A stretch of DNA of 51,022 nt from assembly GCA_001770475.1 (NCBI GenBank), contig MERB01000002.1, positions 37,008 through 88,029 on the forward strand, in the 5' to 3' direction. The translations under genes and the position numbers were made by a program. Positions within the stretch are counted from its first letter, which is position 1, and each line of letters opens with the position of its first letter. This document shows positions 30,422-41,817 of this stretch, piece after piece. Below the pieces are notes generated by a model that was not told where the DNA came from, made no database searches, and saw only the letters and a program-made list of their open reading frames with translations. Source of the DNA: Betaproteobacteria bacterium RIFCSPLOWO2_02_FULL_66_14 (GTDB lineage Bacteria > Pseudomonadota > Gammaproteobacteria > Burkholderiales > SG8-39).

Positions 30422-32197
30422 ATGACGTTCGAGGTCAAATCCTTCGTCGCCGGACTGCCCGAGTTTCCCGGCGTTTACCGGATGCTCGGCGAGGAGGGCG
30501 ATGTGCTGTATGTCGGCAAGGCGAAGGACCTGAAGAAGCGCGTCGGATCGTACTTCACGCGCGGCGCGCAGAGCGCGCGCATCGCGATGATGCTGACTCA
30601 GGTGGCGTCGATCGAAGTGACCGTGGCGCGCTCCGAAGACGAGGCGCTGCTGCTCGAGAACAATCTCATCAAGAGCCTGGCGCCGAGATACAACATCCTG
30701 TTCCGCGACGACAAGTCCTATCCCTACCTGATGCTGACGGAGCACCGTTTCCCCAGGCTGGGATTTCATCGCGGCGCCCGCGAACGCGGCCGGCGGTACT
30801 TCGGACCGTTTCCGCACGCGCATGCGGTTCGCGAGAGCATCCAGCTGCTGCAGCGGGTGTTTCAGCTCCGCACCTGCGAGGATTCGGTGTTCGATCACCG
30901 TTCGCGGCCCTGCCTTCTGCACCAGATCCACCGCTGCAGCGCTCCCTGCACCGGCCAGATCGATGCCGAGCGCTATGCGGAGGACGTCAGGAGTGCGACG
31001 CTCTTTCTCGAGGGCCGTGAGGACGACGTGAACGACCGCCTCAATCGCCGCATGAACGCCTCGGCGGCCGAACTGCGTTTCGAAGACGCTGCGATCGTGC
31101 GCGACCAGATTCGAGCGCTCTCGCGCGTGCAGGCGCGACAGTACGTCGAATCGAAACGCGGCATCGACGCGGATGTCGTCGCCTGCACGATCGAATCGGG
31201 CATTGCCTGCGTCAACCTCGTCATGATTCGCGGCGGCAGGCATGTCGGCGACCGCAGTTTCTTTCCCGCAAACGCAGACTCGGCCACGCCCTCCGAAGTG
31301 CTGACGGCGTTCCTGGAGCAGCATTACGTCGAGCACCCGGCGCCGCGCCTCGTGCTCGCTGCGGATGCCGCCAAGGTCTCAGTCGCGGGCGCCGAAGTGC
31401 TGACGCCGGTGCACGGCGAGCGTGCAATGTGGCTCGAGATGGCTCGCAGGAATGCGGCGCTCGCGCTGTTGCAACGCGGTCGCGAGCGCCTGGCACAGGA
31501 GGCGCGCCTGATGGCGCTACGCGAGGCCTTGGGCCTGCCGGAAGCCGCGCAGCGGATCGAGTGCTTCGACATCAGCCACACGATGGGCGAGGCCGCGGTG
31601 GCTTCCTGCGTCGTCTACGACCGGCAAGGGCTGCAGAACCGCGAGTACCGGCGCTTCAATATCGGCGGCATCGAACCCGGCGACGATTACGCCGCGATGC
31701 GTCAGGTGCTCTCGCGGCGCTACGGGCGCGCAGTGGCGGGGGAGGGGCGGTTGCCGGATCTGATTCTGGTCGACGGCGGCAAGGGACAGGCCGGCGCAGC
31801 CGCCGCGGCGCTCGCTGAACTTGGCCTCAGCGACGTGGCCGTCGTGGGCGTCGCCAAGGGACCCGCCCGCAAGCCGGGGCAGGAAACGCTCGTGATCGAA
31901 TCCGGGGAACGCACGCTGCACCTGCCGCCGGAACACCCGGGGCTGCACCTCGTCCAGCAGATCCGCGACGAGGCGCATCGATTCGCCATCGCCGGTCACC
32001 GCGCGCGCCGCGGCAGAACGCGCACGGCGTCGGTGCTCACGGAAATTCCCGGGGTCGGCCCGCGTCGCCGCCAGAGGCTGCTCGCCCATTTCGGCGGCCT
32101 GCGCGGCGTGCAATCGGCCGCGGTCGACGAAATCGCGAAGATCGGCGGCATGAGCAGGACGCTGGCCGAGAAAATCTACCGCCACCTGCACGCCTGA
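30422..32197 (+). CDS. uvrC: Excinuclease ABC subunit C
   Basis: A GIY-YIG N-terminus (PGVYRMLGEEGDVLYVGKAKDLKKR), a UVR domain and a C-terminal HhH are present. Confidence 0.95.
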   Translation: MTFEVKSFVAGLPEFPGVYRMLGEEGDVLYVGKAKDLKKRVGSYFTRGAQSARIAMMLTQVASIEVTVARSEDEALLLENNLIKSLAPRYNILFRDDKSYPYLMLTEHRFPRLGFHRGARERGRRYFGPFPHAHAVRESIQLLQRVFQLRTCEDSVFDHRSRPCLLHQIHRCSAPCTGQIDAERYAEDVRSATLFLEGREDDVNDRLNRRMNASAAELRFEDAAIVRDQIRALSRVQARQYVESKRGIDADVVACTIESGIACVNLVMIRGGRHVGDRSFFPANADSATPSEVLTAFLEQHYVEHPAPRLVLAADAAKVSVAGAEVLTPVHGERAMWLEMARRNAALALLQRGRERLAQEARLMALREALGLPEAAQRIECFDISHTMGEAAVASCVVYDRQGLQNREYRRFNIGGIEPGDDYAAMRQVLSRRYGRAVAGEGRLPDLILVDGGKGQAGAAAAALAELGLSDVAVVGVAKGPARKPGQETLVIESGERTLHLPPEHPGLHLVQQIRDEAHRFAIAGHRARRGRTRTASVLTEIPGVGPRRRQRLLAHFGGLRGVQSAAVDEIAKIGGMSRTLAEKIYRHLHA

Positions 32198-32198
32198 G

Positions 32199-32765
32199 AT
32201 GCCGCTCAACATACCGAACCTCGTGACCTGCCTGCGGATCCTGCTGATTCCGCTGATCGTCGGCCTGTTCTACCTTCCCGACGAGTGGCTGTCGATGGGG
32301 GAACGAAACGTCGCGGCGACGGTAGCCTTCGTCATCGCCGCGCTGACCGATTGGCTCGACGGCTACCTGGCGCGCGCGCTGAACCAGATGTCGGCGTTCG
32401 GCGCGTTCCTCGATCCGGTGGCCGACAAGCTGATGATCGCCGCCTCGCTCATCGTGCTGCTGCAGCTCGGGCGCGTCGACGCGGTCGTCGCCCTGATCAT
32501 CATCGGTCGCGAAATCGCGATCTCCGCGCTGCGCGAATGGATGGCGCAGGTCGGGCAAGCCAAGAGCGTCGCGGTGGCGTTCGTCGGCAAGGTCAAGACC
32601 ACGATGCAGATGATCGCGATCCCGCTGCTGCTGTTTCACGACGATCTGTTGGAGGTGATTCCTTGCCAGTGGCTCGGCACCATACTGATCAACGTCGCCG
32701 CCGTTCTGACGGTGATTTCCATGCTGTACTACCTGCGGCGCGCGCTGCCCCATGCCTCGCCATGA
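32199..32765 (+). CDS. pgsA: CDP-diacylglycerol--glycerol-3-phosphate 3-phosphatidyltransferase
   Basis: NIPNLVTCLRILLIPL and DWLDGYLAR...GAFLDPVADK are present. Confidence 0.94.
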   Translation: MPLNIPNLVTCLRILLIPLIVGLFYLPDEWLSMGERNVAATVAFVIAALTDWLDGYLARALNQMSAFGAFLDPVADKLMIAASLIVLLQLGRVDAVVALIIIGREIAISALREWMAQVGQAKSVAVAFVGKVKTTMQMIAIPLLLFHDDLLEVIPCQWLGTILINVAAVLTVISMLYYLRRALPHASP

Positions 32766-32789
32766 GGTATAATCCGCGCCGCTGCGCCT

Positions 32790-32865
32790 GCGGGAATAGC
32801 TCAGTTGGTAGAGCGCAACCTTGCCAAGGTTGAGGTCGCGAGTTCGAGACTCGTTTCCCGCTCCA
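32790..32865 (+). tRNA. tRNA-Gly(GCC)
   Basis: GCGGGAATAGCTCAGTTGGTAGAGCGCAACCTTGCCAAGGTTGAGGTCGCGAGTTCGAGACTCGTTTCCCGCTCCA folds as a cloverleaf. The order pgsA-Gly-Cys-Leu matches E. coli. Confidence 0.95.
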
Positions 32866-32875
32866 ATCAATTCAA

Positions 32876-32902
32876 GGGAAGTCGGGGCGACTTCCCTTTT
32901 TG
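32876..32902 (+). terminator. Intrinsic terminator-like hairpin between tRNA-Gly and tRNA-Cys
   Basis: GGGAAGTC-GGGGC-GACTTCCC followed by TTTTTG. Confidence 0.6.
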
Positions 32903-32921
32903 TTCTTCGTCAGCCGTCACG

Positions 32922-32995
32922 GGCGGGATGGCAGAGTGGTCATGCAGCGGCCTGCAAAGCCGTGGACGCCGGTTCGATTCCGACTCCCGCCTCCA
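32922..32995 (+). tRNA. tRNA-Cys(GCA)
   Basis: GGCGGGATGGCAGAGTGGTCATGCAGCGGCCTGCAAAGCCGTGGACGCCGGTTCGATTCCGACTCCCGCCTCCA, 74 nt, with one mismatch in the T stem. Confidence 0.88.
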
Positions 32996-33019
32996 GATTG
33001 TTCTGTGCCTGTCGCGCCC

Positions 33020-33106
33020 GCCCGGGTGGCGAAACTGGTAGACGCAGGGGACTTAAAATCCCCAGGCCGCAAGGCCGTGCCGGTTCGAGTCCGGCCCTGG
33101 GCACCA
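33020..33106 (+). tRNA. tRNA-Leu(UAA)
   Basis: GCCCGGGTGGCGAAACTGGTAGACGCAGGGGACTTAAAATCCCC..., with a long variable arm, 87 nt, ending GGGCACCA. Confidence 0.93.
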
Positions 33107-33140
33107 ACCCGAAGTCAGTTCTGCACCGGAAAGGCGATCG

Positions 33141-33827
33141 ATGAGAGTCCTGCTTGCAGCGATGGCATTCCTGATGGTTCACGGCGCCTGGGCGGCAGGC
33201 AACCCGGCGGCGCCGCCGCAATCTTCTTTCAAGGGCGAGGTGCTCGAAGTGAAGGACGTCGACGCCTATACCTACCTGCGCCTGAAGACGCGCGAGGGCG
33301 AACTCTGGGCTGCAGTGACCCGGGCGCAAGTCAAACCGGGCGCCGAGGTCACGATCGAGAACGCGACGGTGATGAGCAACTTCGAGAGCAAGGCACTCAA
33401 GCGGAAGTTCGACCGGATCGTTTTCGGCAGTCTGGGCGCAAGCACTGCCGCGGGTCAGGGCACGGTCCATGGAAGCCCGGCCAAGGCTTCCGACGCCGCG
33501 AACGTCAAGGTCGCCAGGGCCGCGGGGCCCGATGGACGCACCGTGGCCGAGATTTTCGGGAAGAAGGGCGCGCTCAAGGACAAGGCGGTCGTCGTTCGCG
33601 GCAAGGTCGTGAAGGTGACCCAGAACGTCATGGGCAAGAATTGGGTGCACCTGCGGGACGGCACCGGTTCCTCCGCGGACCAGACGAACGATCTCCTCGT
33701 GACGACCAGGGAGCAGGCCCAGGTCGGCGACGTGATCGTCGCCAAGGGTGTCTTGCGTACCGAGGTCGATCTGGGGTCGGGATACAAGTATGCCGTGCTG
33801 GTCGACGGGGCGACGCTGCAGAAGTAG
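33141..33827 (+). CDS. Secreted protein of unknown function with two OB-fold-like repeats
   Basis: It has the signal peptide MRVLLAAMAFLMVHGAWA. Two related segments start GEVLEVKDV... and GKVVKVTQNV.... Confidence 0.6.
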   Translation: MRVLLAAMAFLMVHGAWAAGNPAAPPQSSFKGEVLEVKDVDAYTYLRLKTREGELWAAVTRAQVKPGAEVTIENATVMSNFESKALKRKFDRIVFGSLGASTAAGQGTVHGSPAKASDAANVKVARAAGPDGRTVAEIFGKKGALKDKAVVVRGKVVKVTQNVMGKNWVHLRDGTGSSADQTNDLLVTTREQAQVGDVIVAKGVLRTEVDLGSGYKYAVLVDGATLQK

Positions 33828-33928
33828 TCGCGCGCCGGTCGGCGCTGTTCCGCGGGATCGAAAACGCGGCCGGCCGCGCAAAGCACTGCTATAGTCGCGT
33901 CGCCGCCGCCTGCGGTTCGTGATTCGAC

Positions 33929-34747
33929 GTGAGACGCCAGAAAAAGACGCATTCGGAACCGCGTGTCGAGCGCGCCGGCAGGTGGTTGCACGACGCGCAC
34001 CTTCGGCGCGAGCGGTTCGCGCCGCTGCCCGAAGAACTCGCCGCACGCTCGGTCGACGACGCCTACGCGATCCAGGCCGAGTTCGTCGGGCTGCGGGCTG
34101 CAGAGCGCGGCGCCGTTGTCGGTTACAAAATTGCGCTGACCACCGCCGCGATGCGATCGATGGCCGGCATGCACGACCCGGTCGCCGGCGATCTGCTGGA
34201 AAAGAGCCTCCGCCGCGGGCCAGCCCGCGTCGCCTCTGCCGACTACCTCCGGCTGCTGGTCGAATTCGAACTGGCCGTGGAACTGGGCGAGGACCTGCCG
34301 GCTGTCCACGCGCCCTATGACCGCGAGCAGGTCGCGAAAGCGGTGTCCGCGGTCATGCCCGCGCTCGAACTCATCGATGACCGCAATGCCGACCTGGACG
34401 TCCTGCGCGCGCATCCGTTGATGCTGATCGCGGACAACGCCTGGAACGAGGGCGCGGTGCTCGGCGCCCCGGTGCGCGACTGGCAGCGTTTCGATCTTGC
34501 CGCGACGCGCGGCGTCGCGAGCATCGACGGCAAGCCGGTCGGCGAGGGCGTGGGCTCCGACGTGATGGGGCATCCGCTCGATGCCGTCGCCTGGCTCGCC
34601 AACAATCTCGCCGCGCGCGGTCTCGGGCTGTGGCGGAGCGATATCGTGATCACCGGCAGCATCGTGACCTCGAAACAGCCGCGCCCGGGCGATCAGATCC
34701 GCTTCGACGCGGGCAAGTTCGGCGCCGTCGAACTGACCGTCGACTGA
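33929..34747 (+). CDS. 2-keto-4-pentenoate hydratase family protein (FAH fold)
   Basis: AYAIQAEFVGLRAAERGAVVGYKIALT and a C-terminal ITGSIV motif are present. The start is GTG and is uncertain. Confidence 0.7.
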   Translation: MRRQKKTHSEPRVERAGRWLHDAHLRRERFAPLPEELAARSVDDAYAIQAEFVGLRAAERGAVVGYKIALTTAAMRSMAGMHDPVAGDLLEKSLRRGPARVASADYLRLLVEFELAVELGEDLPAVHAPYDREQVAKAVSAVMPALELIDDRNADLDVLRAHPLMLIADNAWNEGAVLGAPVRDWQRFDLAATRGVASIDGKPVGEGVGSDVMGHPLDAVAWLANNLAARGLGLWRSDIVITGSIVTSKQPRPGDQIRFDAGKFGAVELTVD

Positions 34748-34753
34748 GACACG

Positions 34754-35497
34754 TCAGAGACCGCGCTTCTTAAGGAATCCGAGCAGGGCCGCGTTGAACG
34801 CATCGGGCTGGTCCATGGGGCCGAGATGGCCGCAACCGTCGAGCTGGACCCAGTTCGCGCCCGGAATTTCTCGCGCCATGCGCTGCATCACCCCGGGCGG
34901 CGACACCGTGTCGTCGCTTCCCGCCACGAGCAGCGTCGGAACCGTGATGTGCTGCAGGCTCGCACGGCGATCGAAGGTCGGCAGCATCGCGATCGCCTTG
35001 CGATAGGTCTCCGGCGGCACCAGCGCCATCACGCGCTCGGCGTGGGCCGCGCCGGCGGCGCCGGAGCGCGAGCCGCGCATGGTCGGCATGATGCGCGCGG
35101 CGATTTCAGCCATCGATTCGCCCGCGTCCAGCGGGCGGGTCCGATCGGCGACGAACTCGCGCGCAAAAGTTGCGTCGGCGCCGCCGAACGCTGCGCTGGT
35201 GAAGCACAGCGCCAATCCCTTGACGAGCGCGGGATGGCGAATCCAGGTTTCCTGCGCGACGAATCCACCCATGCTGTGACCGACCAGCACCACGGGGCCG
35301 TCCTCGAGCGAGACGATGAGGCGCGCGAGTGCCGCAGCGATGCTCTCGAAGTCGTAAGGATCGACGGTCGCGCTATGGCCGTAGCCGGGCTGGTCCCAGG
35401 CGTGCGCGCCGAAACCGTGCCCCGCGAAAAACGGCAGCTGGTCGTCCCAACTGTGATGCCCGCCGCCGACACCGTGGAGAAAGACGAGCGAGGTCAA
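34754..35497 (-). CDS. Alpha/beta hydrolase
   Basis: LVFLHGVGGGHHSW and the nucleophile elbow GHSMGG are present, along with a C-terminal GCGHL motif. The start is placed at TTG 35497; the longer track ORF would overlap the divergent gene. Confidence 0.75.
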   Translation of the reverse strand: MTSLVFLHGVGGGHHSWDDQLPFFAGHGFGAHAWDQPGYGHSATVDPYDFESIAAALARLIVSLEDGPVVLVGHSMGGFVAQETWIRHPALVKGLALCFTSAAFGGADATFAREFVADRTRPLDAGESMAEIAARIMPTMRGSRSGAAGAAHAERVMALVPPETYRKAIAMLPTFDRRASLQHITVPTLLVAGSDDTVSPPGVMQRMAREIPGANWVQLDGCGHLGPMDQPDAFNAALLGFLKKRGL

Positions 35498-35527
35498 CCG
35501 GAATCGATCGGCTAGAATGAAGACGCG

Positions 35528-35977
35528 ATGATTGTATTTGACCTCGTTTGCGCGGGCGGCCATCGTTTCGAAGGCTGGTTCGCTTCGGCGCAGGATTTCG
35601 TCTCGCAGGGCGAGCGCGGCCTGCTGAGCTGCCCGAACTGCGGCGTGGGGCAGGTCGAGCGCCTGCCCTCGGCGACGCGCTTCAATTCCGGCGCCGTGGA
35701 ATGCGCGCCGGTCGCGGCGCCGGCGCAACCCGCCGCGCAGAACAGGGACCCGATGGCGATCGCGCAGATCCTTTACGCGCGGCTGGTGGACGAGATGCTG
35801 ACGAAGTCGGAGGACGTCGGCGACGCGTTCCCGCAGGAAGCGCGGAAGATCCATTACGCGGAGGCGCCGTCGCGGGCGATCCGCGGTCAGGCTTCGGCGG
35901 AGGAGCACGCCCAGCTGGTCGACGAAGGCATTTCGGTGGTGCGCATTCCCATGCCGCCGCGGGATTCGTTCAGCTAG
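35528..35977 (+). CDS. DUF1178-like zinc-ribbon protein
   Basis: MIVFDLVCAGGHRFEGWFASAQDF...LSCPNCG. Confidence 0.7.
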   Translation: MIVFDLVCAGGHRFEGWFASAQDFVSQGERGLLSCPNCGVGQVERLPSATRFNSGAVECAPVAAPAQPAAQNRDPMAIAQILYARLVDEMLTKSEDVGDAFPQEARKIHYAEAPSRAIRGQASAEEHAQLVDEGISVVRIPMPPRDSFS

Positions 35978-36072
35978 TTCAGGCGCTCGACCTTTGGACC
36001 ACGGCTTAATGGCTAGAATGTGTATTATGTCAAATTATATCCAGTACCCCTCAGCCGTGGATTGAACGGCGC

Positions 36073-36723
36073 CTACTTCACCGCCCCCGCCCGCCTCAGA
36101 AGCGCCGCCACCTCGTCTTGCTTGCGCTCGATCGCGATGCCGAGCGCGGTTTCCCCGTCCGCCCCCTGAATCGTGAAATCCGCGTCGGCGCGTAAAAGCG
36201 CCTGAACCGCATCAAGCTTGCCTCCACGCGCCGCCAGCATCAGCGAGGTATACCGGTTCGGTGCCAGAGCGTTGATCTCCGCGCCACGGGAGAGCAAGGC
36301 CTGCAGGACCTCGGTCTGCCCATTGAAGGCGGCGTAGTGCAGCGGCGCCCACCCGCCGTGGTTCAGTTCGGCGCCGCTCGCCAGCAGGAGATTGACTACT
36401 TCCAGCTTGCCCCCCAGCGCGGCCATCATCAGTGCGCTGTCGCCTTGGGGACTGCGTGCCCTGACGTTGGCCTTCCGCCGGATCAGGGTGCGGGCCATCT
36501 CCACGTCGCCGGCGCCTGCCGCCAGCATGATCAGGCTGTACCCCGACGGATCGGCCGTGTCGGGATCCAATCCGCGGTCCAGCAGCGCCTCGGTCGCTTT
36601 CGTGTCCCCGGACTCGACCGCACGCAGAATCTCCTGGTAAGACTGCCCTCTGGACGACAGAGGCAACAGCAACAATACAATTAGGACAATAAGATATGAT
36701 GCTTTAGTGAAGTTATACATCAA
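36073..36723 (-). CDS. Secreted ankyrin-repeat protein
   Basis: A signal peptide (YLIVLIVLLLLPLSSRG) is followed by about 5 ankyrin repeats (G.S.LM.AA..G..E.V..LL..GA..N). Its start abuts the holB stop. Confidence 0.85.
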   Translation of the reverse strand: MMYNFTKASYLIVLIVLLLLPLSSRGQSYQEILRAVESGDTKATEALLDRGLDPDTADPSGYSLIMLAAGAGDVEMARTLIRRKANVRARSPQGDSALMMAALGGKLEVVNLLLASGAELNHGGWAPLHYAAFNGQTEVLQALLSRGAEINALAPNRYTSLMLAARGGKLDAVQALLRADADFTIQGADGETALGIAIERKQDEVAALLRRAGAVK

Positions 36724-39348
<2,625 letters not shown>

Positions 39349-39376
39349 GGCGAATCGGTAAAATGCGCAGTTTACG

Positions 39377-40279
39377 ATGGACGACGAGCCCAGGGTTCTC
39401 GCGGCGGCACTGACTGATTACGGCACCATTGCCGTTTCGGGCGCCGATGCGCGCGCATTTCTGCACGCCCAGTTGACGAACGACATCTCGGGTCAGACGG
39501 CGCAGCAAGCCCGCCGCGCCGGCTGGTGTTCGCCGAAAGGTCGGCTGCTCGCGAGTTTCCTCGTCGTGCCGCGCGGCGAGGAATTCCTGCTGCAGGTCGC
39601 GCGCGATCTGGTGCCGGTGGTGCTGAAGCGGCTGCGCATGTTCGTGCTGCGCTCGCAGGTGGCGCTGACCGACGCCAGCGACGACTGGTCCCAATACGGC
39701 GTCTGGGGCGCCGGGGCCGCGCACGCGCTCGATGCGCTGGGCGTGTCCGCAGCGCAAGCGGATCTCGAAGTGAATTCCTCGGGCGAACTGATCGCGGTTC
39801 GAATTGCCCCGGCGCACCACCTGCTGCTGGCCGGTGGCGCGCAGCGCGCACGCATCGCTGCGGCGCTGCCGGCGGGCGACGCATCGGACTGGGCGCTCGA
39901 AGAAATCCGCGCCGGGTTGCCGCGCGTCGTCCTCGCCACGCAGGATCTGTTCCTGCCGCAGATGGTGAATCTCGAATTGATCGGTGGCGTCGATTTTCAC
40001 AAGGGCTGCTACCCGGGGCAGGAAATCGTGGCGCGCACGCAGTACCGGGGGCAGCTCAAGCGTCGCATGGTGAGACTGCGCTCGCCGCAGCCGTTGCAGC
40101 CCGGGCAGGACCTCTACGCCGACGACGGTTCCGGCCAGCCGAGCGGAACCGTGGTCAATGCTGCCGGCAGCGAGGCGCTCGCCGTTCTCGCAATCGCCAC
40201 GCTGGAGGCCGATGCCGCGGTGCGCGCTGAGCCCGGCGGCGCGGTGCTCGAGATTCTTCCTCCGACCCGCTCCGGGTGA
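39377..40279 (+). CDS. ygfZ: Folate-binding protein YgfZ (Fe-S cluster repair / tRNA modification)
   Basis: GADARAFLHAQLTNDI and KGCYPGQEIVARTQYRG are present. Confidence 0.88.
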   Translation: MDDEPRVLAAALTDYGTIAVSGADARAFLHAQLTNDISGQTAQQARRAGWCSPKGRLLASFLVVPRGEEFLLQVARDLVPVVLKRLRMFVLRSQVALTDASDDWSQYGVWGAGAAHALDALGVSAAQADLEVNSSGELIAVRIAPAHHLLLAGGAQRARIAAALPAGDASDWALEEIRAGLPRVVLATQDLFLPQMVNLELIGGVDFHKGCYPGQEIVARTQYRGQLKRRMVRLRSPQPLQPGQDLYADDGSGQPSGTVVNAAGSEALAVLAIATLEADAAVRAEPGGAVLEILPPTRSG

Positions 40280-40533
40280 CGCACTTCTACGTCTATTACC
40301 GGATCGATCCGGCGCGCGTGGACGCAACGCGCGGCGCCGTCGAGGAAATTTTCGCGGCGATCGAACGCGGCACCGGGGTGCGCGGTCGCTGGATGCGCCG
40401 GCGCGACGATCCGGGGACCTTCATGGAGGTTTACGAAAACGTAGCGGACGAAGGCGCATTCGAGAACGCGCTCGCGCGCGCAACGGCGCAGTTCGGCGTC
40501 GAACGCAGCACTGAGCGCTTCGTATGTGCCTGA
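40276..40533 (+). CDS. DUF4936-like small protein
   Basis: FYVYYRIDPARVDA...WMRRRDDPGTFMEVYE pattern. Confidence 0.6.
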   Translation: MTHFYVYYRIDPARVDATRGAVEEIFAAIERGTGVRGRWMRRRDDPGTFMEVYENVADEGAFENALARATAQFGVERSTERFVCA

Positions 40534-41216
40534 TCCTGGTCGCCTGGCGAACCGACGCGAAGAATTCTTTCGTGGTCGCAGCGAACCGCGACGAGATCCA
40601 CGCGCGCGCGAGCGCGGCGGCTGCGTTCTGGAACGACGATCGCCAGGTGCTCGCCGGTCGCGACCTCGAAGCGGGCGGAACCTGGCTCGGCATCACCCGC
40701 AGTGGACGGTTTGCCGCCGTCACCAACGTTCGCGGCGGACAGGACCCGAACGCCCGCGAATCGCGTGGGCTGCTGACGAAGCAGTTTCTGCAGAGCACGG
40801 TCGCGCCGCGTGATTATGTCGAAGCCATCGCAGCGCGTGGCGCGGTGCATAGCGGTTACAACCTGCTCGTCGCCGACGCGGACGAGCTGTGGTGGCACTC
40901 GAACCGCAACGGCGCGCCGCGGCGGCTGGAAGCCGGCGTCTATGGCCTGGGCAACGAATCGCTCGACAGCGGCGACGTCGCCGCGGCGAAGCGGCGGTTT
41001 TCCGAGGCCCTTTCGCCTGCGCCGGCGACCGAAGCGCTGCATACCGCGCTCGCCCCGTCGCGCATCGTCAACGGCGCATACGGAACGCGCTGCTCCAGTA
41101 CGCTCGTCGCCACCGCCGGCCGCCTGCGGTTCTCGGAAAGATCGTTCGACGCCCTGGGCGCGGAACTCGCGACCGTCCACTTTGATTTCACCCTCGCCGT
41201 GGGGGGCGTGAGTTAG
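40524..41216 (+). CDS. NRDE family protein (TANGO2-like)
   Basis: MCLILVAWR...VVAANRDE contains the literal NRDE motif. Confidence 0.8.
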   Translation: MCLILVAWRTDAKNSFVVAANRDEIHARASAAAAFWNDDRQVLAGRDLEAGGTWLGITRSGRFAAVTNVRGGQDPNARESRGLLTKQFLQSTVAPRDYVEAIAARGAVHSGYNLLVADADELWWHSNRNGAPRRLEAGVYGLGNESLDSGDVAAAKRRFSEALSPAPATEALHTALAPSRIVNGAYGTRCSSTLVATAGRLRFSERSFDALGAELATVHFDFTLAVGGVS

Positions 41217-41373
41217 CGCGGCCTACGCGATGCTGCGGAAATCACGACCCGGGCGCGAATTTGGGGTTCCCATGATCTGCCGGGTTGGCGCGGTACTGCT
41301 GCGCCAACTCGGCAGACCGATGAACGTCAAAACCGCTCCAGCGGCCGAAACGCGAACATCCTTGTCCGCCTAG

Positions 41374-41793
41374 TCAGAGCTTCCGCCGCATCATTTGGTG
41401 CGGAATCTCCGCATCGAGATAGATTTCGCCCTCTGCGACGAAACCATGCCGGCGATAGAACTCGAGCGCGTGCGTCTGCGCCGAAAGCACAACTTCGAGA
41501 TCCCCGCGTTCGCGCGCGGCGACCACGAGGCGCTCGAGGATCTCGCCGCCGACGCCCTGCCCGCGCCAGGCCTTCAATACCGCCATGCGGCCGATGTGTC
41601 CGTCGGGCAGAAGTCGCCCGGTGCCCACCGCGGCCGCATCGCCGTCGCGAGCGAGCGCATGCACGCATTGCGGATCGAATTCGTCCAGTTCCATCGCCAG
41701 CGGAACGCGCTGCTCCTCGACGAACACCTCGTAGCGGATGCGCGTCGCCGCTTCGCGCACGTCGTTCCAGGCCCCGAGCGATATTCGGATCAT
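41374..41793 (-). CDS. GNAT family N-acetyltransferase
   Basis: RMAVLKAWRGQGVGGEILERLV (acetyl-CoA motif A) and FYRRHGF are present. Only the last 139 aa of the 799-aa track ORF are taken as real. Confidence 0.85.
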   Translation of the reverse strand: MIRISLGAWNDVREAATRIRYEVFVEEQRVPLAMELDEFDPQCVHALARDGDAAAVGTGRLLPDGHIGRMAVLKAWRGQGVGGEILERLVVAARERGDLEVVLSAQTHALEFYRRHGFVAEGEIYLDAEIPHQMMRRKL

Positions 41794-41817
41794 GGCGCAA
41801 AAGTATAATCGCCGGTC

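Noticed and set aside
33107-36072. A genomic island integrated at the tRNA-Leu 3' end.
   Set aside because: There is no integrase, no direct repeat of the tRNA 3' end and no clear compositional shift apart from one AT-rich patch. The evidence is insufficient.
41284-41308. The hairpin GTTGGCGC-N9-GCGCCAAC between the convergent NRDE and GNAT genes could be a terminator.
   Set aside because: It has no U-tract on either strand and only an 8-bp stem, so it is too weak to call.
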